Positions 36,047 to 45,986 are shown, counted from the stretch's first letter. The stretch: DNA of 64,000 nucleotides from a bacterium (GCA_030647655.1 JAUSJH010000002.1:43711-107710); one strand, 5' to 3'. Notes: generated by a model from the sequence alone, not told the origin. Translations and numbers: made by a program.

Positions 36047-38350
36047 ATGGCGCACGACACGTACAGGGTAAAAGGCATGCACTGCGCGTCGTGCGCGAGC
36101 ATTATTGAGAAGACGCTCAAGAAGGTGAACGGCGTGCAGAGCGTCGAGGTCAATTACGGGACCGAGACGGCCAAGGTGACTTTTGATGAAGCAAAAACAA
36201 ATCCACGCCACCTTTCACAAAAAATAGAACCGCTTGGATATTCTCTCTCGCTCTCGGCGCCGGCGTCCGCAGAGCCCACAGCGGCGTCCATGGGCATGTC
36301 GGAGAACGAACACGCAGCGCACCTCGGGCTCAATCAGACAAAAGAAGAAAAACTGGCCGAGCTTGCAGGAATGAAGCGCATGCTTATGAGTGCTTTGCCG
36401 CTTGCGGCACTCGCCGCCGCGGGAATGATGTGGGGGATAGCGGTACGACTCGCGTTTCTGCCAAATTCTTCTGCACTTACCTCCGCGCTCGGGTTCTTCA
36501 CGCCGCTTGCGGCTACGTACATGCTTTTCGTTGTGGGCAGGCCCTACCTCTTGGGTTTCTACCGCTTTTTGCGCTATGGGCATGCAAATATGGATACCCT
36601 CATCGGTATCGGCACATCCGCCGCCTATATCTACAGCGTTGCAGTATCAATATTCGCGAAAGAGCTGACCCCATTCATCAACGTGGACAGTACCTACTAC
36701 GACGTCACCATCATTGTGATAGCGTTCATTACTCTCGGGAAATATCTTGAAGCGCAGTCAAAATTGAAAACAGGGGACGCGATAGAGAAGCTTTTGAATC
36801 TGCAAGCGAAAACGGCCCTCATCATCCGCGATGGTAAGGAGCTAGAAATTCCGGTAGACCAAGTTGTGCAGGGAGATCTTATCGTCGTGAAGCCAGCGGG
36901 GAGAATACCCGTGGACGGAATACTCACCGAAGGTTCGTCATATGTCGATGAGTCAATGATCACGGGAGAGCCCATGCCGGTAAAAAAGGCGGCGGGGGAT
37001 ACGGTAGTTGCGGGAACGCTCAATACGAGTGGGTCGTTCACATTTAAGGCGACGAAGGTTGGTTCAGAAACGATGCTCGCGCACATCGTCAAGATGGTGG
37101 AAGAGGCGCAGGGCTCTCGTGCCCCTATTCAGGCGCTTGCCGACAAGATTTCAGGCGTTTTCGTGCCCATCGTGCTCATCGTCGCGTTTCTCGCGCTGGC
37201 GAGCTGGCTTGTCGTCGGCTCGCAGTACCTCGGCTTCGCGCAGGCGCTTTCTTTCGGGCTCGTGTCATTTGTGGGCGTTCTTGTCATCGCATGCCCGTGC
37301 GCTCTCGGCCTCGCGACGCCGACTGCGATTATTGTTGGCGTAGGCAAAGGCGCGAGGGAGGGTATCCTCATCAAAGACGCGGCAACGCTGGAGAAACTTC
37401 ACAAGGTGGACGTCATTCTCGTGGATAAGACTGGCACCATCACGCGAGGTAGGCCGGAACTTATGTCAATAAAGAATCTGTCCGAGAAAAGCGATACAGA
37501 TATCATCGCGATACTTTCATCTCTTGAAAACAGGTCTGAGCATCCTATAGCGCATGCGGTTGTGAATTATGCAAAAGAGAAAGATATTGCGCTTTTACCC
37601 GTAGAGCAATTTGAAATAATCAAAGGAAAAGGACTCGGCGGTGTCATAAACGGCGTAGAATATCGGGTTGGGAGTGAGAAGCTCGCCCGTGAACTAGGAG
37701 CCACGTTCGCTTCACTTGAGAAAGACACATCAGAGGGAAAAACACCGGTCATTTTGGCAGCGAGCGGGAAAGCGCTCGCGGTCGTAATGGTAGCCGACCA
37801 AGTGAAGCCGGAGTCAGTACAGGCTGTGAAGGATTTGCACGTACTCGGAATTAAAATAGTGATGTTGACGGGAGACGACAAGAACACCGCACGATTCATT
37901 GCGGACCAAGTCGGCATCGACGAAGTAGTCGCGGAGGTCTTGCCGGAAGATAAGCTGAAAAAAATACAGGCGCTTCAGGCAAGTGGTCTCGTAGTCGCCA
38001 TGGCAGGCGATGGCGTTAATGACGCGCCTGCTTTGGCACAGGCGGATGTGGGCATCGCGATGGCGACAGGGACCGACGTTGCCATTGAATCTGCGGGCAT
38101 CACTCTCTTGCATGGCGATATCTCAAAGTTGGTGAAGGCTGTCCGCCTTTCAAAAATGACGATGCGCGGCATCAAGCAGAATCTCTTTTGGGCATTCATC
38201 TACAACATCGTCGGCATCCCGCTTGCGTCGGGAGTATTTTTCCCATTCTTCGGATGGCTCTTGAGCCCTGTCTTTGCGGGACTTGCCATGGCTTTCAGTA
38301 GTGTTAGTGTTGTAGTGAACTCCCTTCGTCTTAAGGCAAAAGCACTATGA
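36047..38350 (+). CDS. copA: copper-translocating P1B-type ATPase
   Basis: N-terminal HMA domain (GMHCASCASIIEKTL), TM CPC motif (IACPCALGLATP), and the DKTGT, TGD and GDGVNDAPAL motifs. Confidence 0.95.
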   Translation: MAHDTYRVKGMHCASCASIIEKTLKKVNGVQSVEVNYGTETAKVTFDEAKTNPRHLSQKIEPLGYSLSLSAPASAEPTAASMGMSENEHAAHLGLNQTKEEKLAELAGMKRMLMSALPLAALAAAGMMWGIAVRLAFLPNSSALTSALGFFTPLAATYMLFVVGRPYLLGFYRFLRYGHANMDTLIGIGTSAAYIYSVAVSIFAKELTPFINVDSTYYDVTIIVIAFITLGKYLEAQSKLKTGDAIEKLLNLQAKTALIIRDGKELEIPVDQVVQGDLIVVKPAGRIPVDGILTEGSSYVDESMITGEPMPVKKAAGDTVVAGTLNTSGSFTFKATKVGSETMLAHIVKMVEEAQGSRAPIQALADKISGVFVPIVLIVAFLALASWLVVGSQYLGFAQALSFGLVSFVGVLVIACPCALGLATPTAIIVGVGKGAREGILIKDAATLEKLHKVDVILVDKTGTITRGRPELMSIKNLSEKSDTDIIAILSSLENRSEHPIAHAVVNYAKEKDIALLPVEQFEIIKGKGLGGVINGVEYRVGSEKLARELGATFASLEKDTSEGKTPVILAASGKALAVVMVADQVKPESVQAVKDLHVLGIKIVMLTGDDKNTARFIADQVGIDEVVAEVLPEDKLKKIQALQASGLVVAMAGDGVNDAPALAQADVGIAMATGTDVAIESAGITLLHGDISKLVKAVRLSKMTMRGIKQNLFWAFIYNIVGIPLASGVFFPFFGWLLSPVFAGLAMAFSSVSVVVNSLRLKAKAL

Positions 38351-38763
38351 ATACATTCTCACAAAGAAATATCCTAGCGGCGCTCATGCTGGTGTCGTTT
38401 CTCGCGGTCGTACTTTTCAGTTTTGCCGCCATGGCGCATGGGGAGGAAGGAGGCATGCAGGGTGACTGCCCGTTTTCCGCCATGGGATTACCACTGTGTC
38501 CACAAAACATAGATGCCGCCGTTGTCCACCATATATCGGCATATCAATCATTTCTCGCGGTGTTCGTGGGCCCGAGCATAACGGTCGCTATAATCTCCTT
38601 GCTCTCCGGTCTGTTTGCCGCATTTCTACTCTCGACCGGACCGCCTTTATACAGGTCATATGTGTTTAAGACACGTTTCCACAGCATTTCGTCCCCAGCT
38701 CCGCGAGATAGAAAGACAGCTCGCTGGCTCTCGCTTTTAGAGAACAGTCCCTCCGTCGCCTAG
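38347..38763 (+). CDS. small membrane protein with CPF/LCP Cys motif (hypothetical, copA-linked)
   Basis: Signal anchor plus a second TM. GDCPFSAMGLPLCPQN between the helices. Overlaps the copA stop (ATGA). Confidence 0.45.
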   Translation: MNTFSQRNILAALMLVSFLAVVLFSFAAMAHGEEGGMQGDCPFSAMGLPLCPQNIDAAVVHHISAYQSFLAVFVGPSITVAIISLLSGLFAAFLLSTGPPLYRSYVFKTRFHSISSPAPRDRKTARWLSLLENSPSVA

Positions 38764-38793
38764 AACACCCAAAAGCAGAGGCTTTTGGGTGTT
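38764..38793 (+). terminator. 12-bp stem-loop after the copA-linked small gene
   Basis: AACACCCAAAAG-CAGAGG-CTTTTGGGTGTT. Confidence 0.55.
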
Positions 38794-38851
38794 CACGCTC
38801 GCCAAACCGGCGGGACGTGTATTTCTTTATCTATCTATAAATCTAAAAACT

Positions 38852-39352
38852 ATGAAAAACAAAACATTAATCTACTCTGTCGTTTTCTTCCTTGCGATCA
38901 TGGGCCTCTTCGCATGGGGCAATGCCGCAAAGGGCGGGGATACATCAGGATCGAATAGTCAAAAAAGCGCTCTTGTCGCGCCGGAAGTTCTCTACGACTT
39001 CGGCATAATCTCAATGAAAAACGGCAATGTCACCAAAGAGTTCACCGTGACCAACCCCACGCAAGAGGACATCACCGTAAAGACCGTGTTCACTTCCTGC
39101 ATGTGCACGGAGGCCTTCATCGTGGAGTCAGACGGGAGCGCCAAGGGGCCATTCGGCATGCCGGGTCATGGCGGCGCAGTTCCGCCTGCCAACGAACTCA
39201 TTAAGGCGGGCGAGAGCCGCTCCATCCGTGTTGTCTACGACCCGAATGCGCACGGCCCGGCCGGAGTAGGCGTTATTGACAGGTTCGTAACGCTCACTGA
39301 CACATCTGGTAATACGGTCGAACTAGAAATCAAGGCAAACGTGACCCCTTAG
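38852..39352 (+). CDS. DUF1573-like secreted protein
   Basis: Signal peptide MKNKTLIYSVVFFLAIMGLFAWG. YDFGIISMKNGNVTKEFTVTNPTQEDITV...SCMCT...SIRVVYDP matches the DUF1573 Ig-like fold pattern. Confidence 0.55.
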   Translation: MKNKTLIYSVVFFLAIMGLFAWGNAAKGGDTSGSNSQKSALVAPEVLYDFGIISMKNGNVTKEFTVTNPTQEDITVKTVFTSCMCTEAFIVESDGSAKGPFGMPGHGGAVPPANELIKAGESRSIRVVYDPNAHGPAGVGVIDRFVTLTDTSGNTVELEIKANVTP

Positions 39353-39354
39353 TT

Positions 39355-40134
39355 ATGAAGCGAATCCTTATCATCGCGGGTGTCATAGGCGCATTCATTC
39401 TTGCCGTCATTGTCCTCAAATTCAGTCCCGCAACATCAACACTCATCTGGAGCGCGAGCCAGGGCGGCGCGTGGCTTTTGCCGCTCGTGCTCATATCGTC
39501 GCTTCTCGACAGCGTACATCCGTGCTCGTTCTCCATCCTCCTTATCACGATAGCGTTCTTGTTCGGACTGCAGTTGACGCGCGAGAAAATCCTGCAAATT
39601 GGAGGCGTCTACATCGCCGGCATATTCGCGGCGTATCTCGCGATAGGGCTCGGCTTACTCAAGGTCTTGCACCTCTTCAATACTCCGCACTTCATGGGGA
39701 AGCTGGGCGCCTCGCTTCTCATCCTCTTCGGCATCATCAACTTGCTGAACCGGTTCTTCCCGAATATGCCGATCAAACTCAAAATGCCGTCCCTAGTAAA
39801 TCGGCCTATGGCGAAACTCTTGGAGCAGACGTCTATCGCTGCGGCATTCGGGCTCGGTATCTTGGTCGGCATATGTCAGTTCCCCTGCATGGGCGGGCCG
39901 TACCTAATGGTCATCGGGCTTCTGCGCGACAGCCAGACGTATCTCGCAGGGTTCTGGTATCTACTCTTGTACAATGTAATCCTCATCGTGCCGCTCGTCC
40001 TCGTCTTGTGGTTCTCTGCCGATAAAACCGTGGTAGACAAGATGCAGGAATGGAAACGCGAGAACCTCTCGCACGTACGGCTCATAGCCGGCATCACCAT
40101 GATCGTACTCGGCGCGCTTATTCTCATCGTCTGA
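39355..40134 (+). CDS. CcdA/DsbD-like thiol-disulfide transporter membrane protein
   Basis: Six TM helices with Cys in TM1 (HPCSFSILLITIAF) and TM4 (CQFPCMGGPYLM), as in the cytochrome c biogenesis CcdA/DsbD_2 family. Confidence 0.6.
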   Translation: MKRILIIAGVIGAFILAVIVLKFSPATSTLIWSASQGGAWLLPLVLISSLLDSVHPCSFSILLITIAFLFGLQLTREKILQIGGVYIAGIFAAYLAIGLGLLKVLHLFNTPHFMGKLGASLLILFGIINLLNRFFPNMPIKLKMPSLVNRPMAKLLEQTSIAAAFGLGILVGICQFPCMGGPYLMVIGLLRDSQTYLAGFWYLLLYNVILIVPLVLVLWFSADKTVVDKMQEWKRENLSHVRLIAGITMIVLGALILIV

Positions 40135-40141
40135 TAACGCT

Positions 40142-40591
40142 ATGCTCATTACTATCACCGTCGTCTCAATTCTGGCCGTTACTGTACTGGTATGGCTCGC
40201 CAACAGGATACTGCCGTTCAAGGTTTGTCCGGTATGCGCCGGAGTATTTCTCACGTGGGTGTGGCTTCTCGGCGCATACTTCTTGGGCTACCAGATTGCT
40301 CTCGTGGTCCCCGCGCTTCTCATGGGCGGGTCGGTTGTCGGCATCGTGTATCAGGTGGAGAAGAAATTGCGGAACGTATCGGCCGGTGCGTTTCTGCTCT
40401 GGAAAGCGTTCTTTATCCCGGCTGGATTTGTCGCCGCGTACGCCGTTCTCGAACAATTGTGGACCGGACTCTTTCTCGCGGTCGCTTTTCTCGTGGCGAT
40501 ATCAGCTTGGTTCTTGTCTTCAAACAGTAGACCAGACTCGCGCAAAGAAACCGCCGAGGAAATTGAGAAGAAAATGAAAGATTGCTGCTAA
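40142..40591 (+). CDS. membrane protein with TM CPVC motif and C-terminal CC
   Basis: Four TM helices, KVCPVCAG in TM1/2, and a charged tail ending in DCC. Confidence 0.45.
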   Translation: MLITITVVSILAVTVLVWLANRILPFKVCPVCAGVFLTWVWLLGAYFLGYQIALVVPALLMGGSVVGIVYQVEKKLRNVSAGAFLLWKAFFIPAGFVAAYAVLEQLWTGLFLAVAFLVAISAWFLSSNSRPDSRKETAEEIEKKMKDCC

Positions 40592-40604
40592 TTAAAATTA
40601 AATT

Positions 40605-41585
40605 ATGGAACAACAAACACTCATAAAGAAAATAGATGTTGCATATCGCGAGTACGGCACTCCCGTTAGCATTGTGATTGCGGCAGTTATTATTGCGAAC
40701 GCGATGTCCCTGACACAGGGTAGCGGCACCGCTGGATTTCTCGGAGGTAATCTTTCGGGAGCGGATGCAAAGCTCTCGGCGTTGGAGGAGGCGGTACTTC
40801 CCGCGGAAGGCGTGAAGTTGCCGATTGTGTGGGGCGACCTCGGTGCCCAGCTTGTAGAAGCGGGAGCAATTGACCCAGTAGCGTTCAAAAAGATATATCA
40901 GTCTCGCGGAACATTTTCTGCCGAGTACGAGAAGCTTCTCTCCGGACGCACGAATGGCCCGCTCACGATTACGGCAGACAATGCCGGATATCTCCTCAAT
41001 TTGCTCTGGGCTTTCGGACTTGCCAACAAAAATCCGATACTCGAAGACAAAAAGGAAATGATGAACCCGGAGTACGGTGAAGTGGGCAACTTCGCCTCGA
41101 CTGGCGGGTGGACAATCGCCAAAGGAAACGCGATGGACCACTACAGCAAGCACGCGCTCGTTACGCTTACCGCAGAGCAACAGAAGCTTGTCGATGAGGT
41201 ATCACGCAACATCTACCGGCCGTGTTGCGGCAATTCGGTACACTTTCCCGACTGCAATCATGGCATGGCGATGCTCGGACTCCTTGAGCTCATGGCCTCG
41301 CAAGGTGTAAGCGAGAAAGACATGTACAAAACAGCGCTCGTGGTCAATTCCTATTGGTTCCCGGACACATATCTTACGATTGCGATGTACATGCAAAGCA
41401 AGGGTGTTTCGTGGGGAGCTGTGTCACCGAAGGAAATGCTCGGTGCCGATTATTCGAGCGCGGCGGGTTTCCAGAACATCTCGTCGCAAGTCAACGTTCC
41501 TTCGGGTAATGGCGGAGGAGGCGGCTGTGGCGTAGATACAGGAGCGTCGGCTGCGCCGCAGCAGCAAAGCGGGTGTGGGGTGTAG
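40605..41585 (+). CDS. membrane-anchored hypothetical protein with Cys cluster
   Basis: N-terminal TM anchor. YRPCCGNSVHFPDCNHG Cys/His cluster. Gly-rich C-terminus ending in CGV. Confidence 0.45.
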   Translation: MEQQTLIKKIDVAYREYGTPVSIVIAAVIIANAMSLTQGSGTAGFLGGNLSGADAKLSALEEAVLPAEGVKLPIVWGDLGAQLVEAGAIDPVAFKKIYQSRGTFSAEYEKLLSGRTNGPLTITADNAGYLLNLLWAFGLANKNPILEDKKEMMNPEYGEVGNFASTGGWTIAKGNAMDHYSKHALVTLTAEQQKLVDEVSRNIYRPCCGNSVHFPDCNHGMAMLGLLELMASQGVSEKDMYKTALVVNSYWFPDTYLTIAMYMQSKGVSWGAVSPKEMLGADYSSAAGFQNISSQVNVPSGNGGGGGCGVDTGASAAPQQQSGCGV

Positions 41586-41625
41586 AATTAGAAGTCAACA
41601 CTTATTACGTAACAAAATAACAAGT

Positions 41626-42282
41626 ATGAAAACAAACACATTGGTATCAGTGCGAAACGCCTTACTCATTCTGGTGTTTGCGAGTGCGTTGCCGATCTTG
41701 GCCTTCGGACAAACTACGTCGACCGACACCACTACAGATGAAGTCGCCGCCGGTCAGCAACTCTGGCAGAAGCTCGGAGCGAAGCAAATCTCGTGCAATA
41801 AGCTGACGGACTCCGATTACGAACACCTCGGCGAGTACTTCATGAGCCAAATGATGGGAAGTTCCCACGAGGCTATGAACGAGACACTCAAAAGCCGTTT
41901 GGGAGCGAGTGGTGAAGAGCAAATGCATCTCGCTATGGGGAAGCGCTTGAGCGGTTGTGACACGCAGGCCGCGTATCCTTCTGGCTTCCAGGGCTTCATG
42001 CCAATGATGGGCGGAGGGTCAGGTTATTACGGGTCTAACAATGGAACTTCTATGATGGGAGGATATGGCGGTTGGCTGATGGGATTAGGCGGTATCTGGA
42101 TGCTCTTCAATGTTCTGTGGTGGGTTGTTGTAGTAGCCGCAATCATCTGGCTAGTGAGGCGATTCTTTGGTACGTCTAGAAGTGGAGGAGGTTCGCCGCT
42201 CGATATACTCAAAGGTCGCTATGCGAAAGGGGAGATAGACAAGGAAGAATTCGAGTCAAAGAAAAAGGACCTCACTGCATAA
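41626..42282 (+). CDS. membrane protein with C-terminal SHOCT domain
   Basis: Signal peptide, a Met/Gly-rich region, a TM helix, then DILKGRYAKGEIDKEEFESKKKDL, the SHOCT motif. Confidence 0.5.
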   Translation: MKTNTLVSVRNALLILVFASALPILAFGQTTSTDTTTDEVAAGQQLWQKLGAKQISCNKLTDSDYEHLGEYFMSQMMGSSHEAMNETLKSRLGASGEEQMHLAMGKRLSGCDTQAAYPSGFQGFMPMMGGGSGYYGSNNGTSMMGGYGGWLMGLGGIWMLFNVLWWVVVVAAIIWLVRRFFGTSRSGGGSPLDILKGRYAKGEIDKEEFESKKKDLTA

Positions 42283-42291
42283 CAACAAACT

Positions 42292-42393
42292 ATGCACAAC
42301 CATAACGGCAAGGGGGATAATTCAATGATGTGGATGACGGTGCTCTGCTGCGCACTGCCGCTCGTTGTCCTCCTTGTCCTGGCGCTTCGATGA
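42292..42393 (+). CDS. 33-aa hydrophobic peptide (tentative)
   Basis: MHNHNGKGDNSMMWMTVLCCALPLVVLLVLALR. A His-rich N-terminus plus one TM helix. Below the ORF-track cutoff. Confidence 0.25.
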   Translation: MHNHNGKGDNSMMWMTVLCCALPLVVLLVLALR

Positions 42394-42423
42394 CACAGTC
42401 GTAATTACTAACGAACAATCTCT

Positions 42424-42678
42424 ATGATTAATACAACTCATCTTCTCAAAGTTACGGCGGCGTGGATAAGCATCGTGTATGCCGTTTGCTTTCTTGGCGT
42501 AGCGCTCTTCCCCGGAATCAGGTCAGCGTTCATGTATTACGGGCTTCATACGACGGCAAGCGTGGGCGAGAACATAATGACGCTCACTACATTCCTCTCC
42601 GGCCTCGTGGTATGGAACGTAGTCGCACTTCTGGCGGTTGGCCTGTTCGCCGCGCTCTTCAACAAAATCAAGGCGTAA
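42424..42678 (+). CDS. small 2-TM membrane protein
   Basis: 84 aa with two hydrophobic helices. Confidence 0.35.
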   Translation: MINTTHLLKVTAAWISIVYAVCFLGVALFPGIRSAFMYYGLHTTASVGENIMTLTTFLSGLVVWNVVALLAVGLFAALFNKIKA

Positions 42679-42761
42679 AGAAGGCGGGTGTGATAGGATG
42701 GTCGCTTACATGCCGGATTCGGGTCAAAAGACATGGACACTTATCGACTATTTAGGAATCT

Positions 42762-43178
42762 ATGAAAACAGGATTTATCATTGCCGGCATCGTGGCGGTG
42801 CTCCTAATCGGTGGCGTATGGTGGACAAACAGTCTCCAAAACAATGATTCGGACGTTATAGCCAGAAGCGGCTTACACTGGCATCCGACCCTTGCTATCT
42901 ACGTGAAAGGAGAGAAAGTTGAAATTCCGCAGAACGTCGGGCTGGGCGCGGTGCATAAGCCGATGCATACGCATGAGGACCTGCCGCTCATACATCTCGA
43001 ATTTAGTGGTGTCGTAAAGAGAGAGGACCTCATGCTCGGGCAGTTCTTCAAGAATTGGGAACGTGACATGCGCTCGTTCGGAGAGAACATGCGCATGACG
43101 GTAAATGGAGTCGAAAATACAGAATATGATAGTTATGTCATGAAGGATAAGGATGCAATAGAATTACATTTTGACTAA
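42762..43178 (+). CDS. secreted hypothetical protein
   Basis: Signal anchor MKTGFIIAGIVAVLLIGGVWW. His-rich segment LHWHP...HKPMHTHEDLP, a possible metal-binding site. Confidence 0.45.
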   Translation: MKTGFIIAGIVAVLLIGGVWWTNSLQNNDSDVIARSGLHWHPTLAIYVKGEKVEIPQNVGLGAVHKPMHTHEDLPLIHLEFSGVVKREDLMLGQFFKNWERDMRSFGENMRMTVNGVENTEYDSYVMKDKDAIELHFD

Positions 43179-43202
43179 AACGGACATAATCATCATCCCG
43201 GC

Positions 43203-44036
43203 TCAATCCCGCACGATGACGGGCGTGCCCACATCGGCCCACAGGTAGAGCGTGTGCGCTTGCTCAAGCGGAAGGTTCACACATCCATGCGACCATCGTT
43301 TCCCGAACTTATCGTGCCAGTACGCACCATGGATGACGCCGCCCTCACGGGTGAAATATAAATTCCACGGCACGCCGGGGAGATCGTAGTATTGGGCGCT
43401 CACGCCGGGCAGGGGCCCCTGCATATAGCGGGTCGGAGTCTTTTTGTAGACGGTGAATGTGCCGCGCGGCGTGGGCGTGAATGCGAGTCCGGAAGATATT
43501 CGCTCCTGCATGAACAGCGTGTCGCCTTCGTATGCATAGAGCATTTGTGCGGAGCGATCGACGAGAATGCGCTTTGTGCTCGAAGCTCTTGTGCCTCCCG
43601 CCAAGTTGATGATGCCTTCGTCGCTGAACGGGCGGACGAATTCTCCAGCCACATACCAATTTCTGCTCACGCGCTCGGGGTAACGGACGGGTTCGTCAAA
43701 TGCGATTTTGTACCACGTGCGCCCATCACGCTCGAGCGTTTCCCCTACCTTGAGCACCACGCCCGTGCGCAACCGCGTGACCACGGGATATTTTTCGCCG
43801 GGACCGGAGCGGACATGTACGCATGTTCCCTCAAAGTACGGCCCGCAGCTGTCCATTACCTCAATGTATTGAAAGAGTGGCGGTGCGACGATGGGCTCTG
43901 TTTGTTCTATTGGCGCCGTTGCGACTGCCGGCACGGCACTTCGCGTGATTTCTTGCAGGGTCAGGTCGGTTACGAGGACAATCGCTACTGTGGCCAAGAG
44001 CACAAGAAATATCCTCTGTCGCACAAGCACGCTCAT
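43203..44036 (-). CDS. L,D-transpeptidase (YkuD domain)
   Basis: Catalytic motif HGAYWHDKFGKRWSHGCVNL and an N-terminal signal anchor. Confidence 0.8.
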   Translation of the reverse strand: MSVLVRQRIFLVLLATVAIVLVTDLTLQEITRSAVPAVATAPIEQTEPIVAPPLFQYIEVMDSCGPYFEGTCVHVRSGPGEKYPVVTRLRTGVVLKVGETLERDGRTWYKIAFDEPVRYPERVSRNWYVAGEFVRPFSDEGIINLAGGTRASSTKRILVDRSAQMLYAYEGDTLFMQERISSGLAFTPTPRGTFTVYKKTPTRYMQGPLPGVSAQYYDLPGVPWNLYFTREGGVIHGAYWHDKFGKRWSHGCVNLPLEQAHTLYLWADVGTPVIVRD

Positions 44037-44108
44037 GGGGGCATTCTATGTATTTTTTGAAAGCGCACAATCAGGACTCAATACATATGATTGTGCTAGC
44101 ATGCCCCC

Positions 44109-45077
44109 ATGCTGGTAGATGAAATAACCATAACGACCAAAGCGGGCGATGGCGGCAAAGGCTGCGTTGCTTTCAATAAGGTCAAGCTCTCGCGGGGCCC
44201 CACGGGGGCAGATGGAGGGCTCGGTGGAAGCGTCTACTTCGAGGGCACCTCGGATATCAATGCGCTCATGAACTACGCCAGCCAGAAAGAAGTGGCGGGA
44301 GAGAAGGGGCATGATGGCCGCGGGCAATTCCTCGACGGTCGTCGCGGGGAAGATCTCGTCGTGAAAATCCCGACGGGGACCACTATCACCAATATAGAAA
44401 CGAACTATACCCAAGAGATAACAAAAGTGGGTGAGCGCATCCTTGCCGCAGGCGGGGGCATCGGCGGGCGGGGGAATTTCAAATTCCGTTCAGCTATAAA
44501 TACAACGCCGATGGAATCGGAAGAAGGCACGCCGGGCGACCGCGCGACTTACCGACTCGAGCTCCGGCTCATCGCCGACGTGGGCCTCGTTGGCTTGCCC
44601 AATGCAGGCAAATCGAGCCTGCTCAATGAGCTCACCGCCGCCAAAAGCCGTGTGGCTAATTACGCCTTCACCACGCTTGAGCCGCACCTTGGCTCGTACT
44701 ACGGAATTATCCTCGCCGATATCCCCGGCATCATCGAAGGGGCGTCGGGCGGCAAGGGGCTCGGCGTCAAATTCCTCAAACACATTGAGCGCACCAAGGT
44801 ACTCTTTCATCTCATCGATGCAGAATCCGACGACGTCGTGCGCGACTACAAAGTCATTCGCAACGAATTGCAGACGTATAACCCAGAGCTCACCAAGAAA
44901 ATCGAACATATCCTCCTTACGAAGACTGATGCAGTGCCTCCCGAGGAGTTAAAAGAAAAGATTGCGGCACTAAAAAAAGCCAAACTCAAGCCACTTCCGA
45001 TATCCATCCTCGAACCAGCAAGCCTCGAAGAAGTGAAAAAAATCCTCAACAAGATCAAGGACGAGAAAGGGTTGTAG
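44109..45077 (+). CDS. obg: GTPase Obg (short form)
   Basis: Gly-rich Obg fold (DGGKGCVAF...GGLGGSV) and G domain (GLPNAGKSSLL, DIPG, TKTD). Confidence 0.9.
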   Translation: MLVDEITITTKAGDGGKGCVAFNKVKLSRGPTGADGGLGGSVYFEGTSDINALMNYASQKEVAGEKGHDGRGQFLDGRRGEDLVVKIPTGTTITNIETNYTQEITKVGERILAAGGGIGGRGNFKFRSAINTTPMESEEGTPGDRATYRLELRLIADVGLVGLPNAGKSSLLNELTAAKSRVANYAFTTLEPHLGSYYGIILADIPGIIEGASGGKGLGVKFLKHIERTKVLFHLIDAESDDVVRDYKVIRNELQTYNPELTKKIEHILLTKTDAVPPEELKEKIAALKKAKLKPLPISILEPASLEEVKKILNKIKDEKGL

Positions 45078-45152
45078 GTCCGAGCTTCGAGAAAGGGTTC
45101 CTGACACCCTTCCTCCCACAGCAAAATCAAGACGATTTATCGGATCGGTAGC

Positions 45153-45179
45153 CGACACCAAGGTCCGGCCTTGGTGTCG
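45153..45179 (+). terminator. 11-bp stem-loop after obg
   Basis: CGACACCAAGG-TCCGG-CCTTGGTGTCG. No clear U tract. Confidence 0.4.
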
Positions 45180-45266
45180 TAAGCCACTTCACAATCAGGT
45201 GCCAATCCCGTCGTATACTTGCAACAATGAGGTTCGAACCGCTGGTTTATCTGATACACTTATCCT

Positions 45267-45986
45267 ATGAGTTACAGTAAAAAATTATTTGTAATTGCAA
45301 CAATTATTGCATTAAGCGGAATAGTCGGGGCTTTATTATTGACCGTTTTTATACCTGGGTTTTATCTTTGGTACATAGGTATCCCTTTAATGCTCATAGT
45401 TTTTTTATTTGCATTAAGAAAACTTTTTCAATCTACAACAGTACAGAAAGATAAAATATATATTGTAATCACGCTTGTTATCAGCATTTTATATTTACTT
45501 CCTACTAGTAGTACTTTGTGGTCTCGGTTTAATTATAATCTTAGAAATTACGGAATGGAAAAAGTGCAAAACTTTGAGCAATGTGGAAGCATTCCCTATG
45601 TATCTCAAAAGGATGAGTGTATTACTCACGTTGCAAAAGTAAAAGGTGATGCTGACGGATGTAATCAAATATCAGATATACATACTCAGAATTCATGTAA
45701 ACGATTTGCCACAGCAACACTAGCAGGGATTATGAATGATGTCTCCCTATGCTTTAAGATAGAAGATTATATTGAAAAAGATTATGAACGTATTCAACGT
45801 CTTATAATCCCTATTTGTATAGGAGAAGTCGCTAGGATCAATAATAACCAGGACGCATGCAATGCATTTCGTGATGTTGAAGGATTTGTAAAAGAACATG
45901 GTGAAGTAGAAGTGAAGCAATATATTGATGAATGTAAATCCAGAGCCGCTGGAACCCCTGTTCAACTTCCAATTATCTCACGGTAA
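45267..45986 (+). CDS. low-GC Cys-rich membrane-anchored hypothetical protein (likely foreign)
   Basis: 239 aa with GC far below the window average. Two N-terminal TM helices and 12 Cys in the soluble domain. Confidence 0.5.
   Translation: MSYSKKLFVIATIIALSGIVGALLLTVFIPGFYLWYIGIPLMLIVFLFALRKLFQSTTVQKDKIYIVITLVISILYLLPTSSTLWSRFNYNLRNYGMEKVQNFEQCGSIPYVSQKDECITHVAKVKGDADGCNQISDIHTQNSCKRFATATLAGIMNDVSLCFKIEDYIEKDYERIQRLIIPICIGEVARINNNQDACNAFRDVEGFVKEHGEVEVKQYIDECKSRAAGTPVQLPIISR

Noticed and set aside
45181-45266. tRNA-like T-loop (GGTTCGAACCGC) after obg
   Set aside because: No acceptor, D-arm or anticodon arm could be assembled around it.
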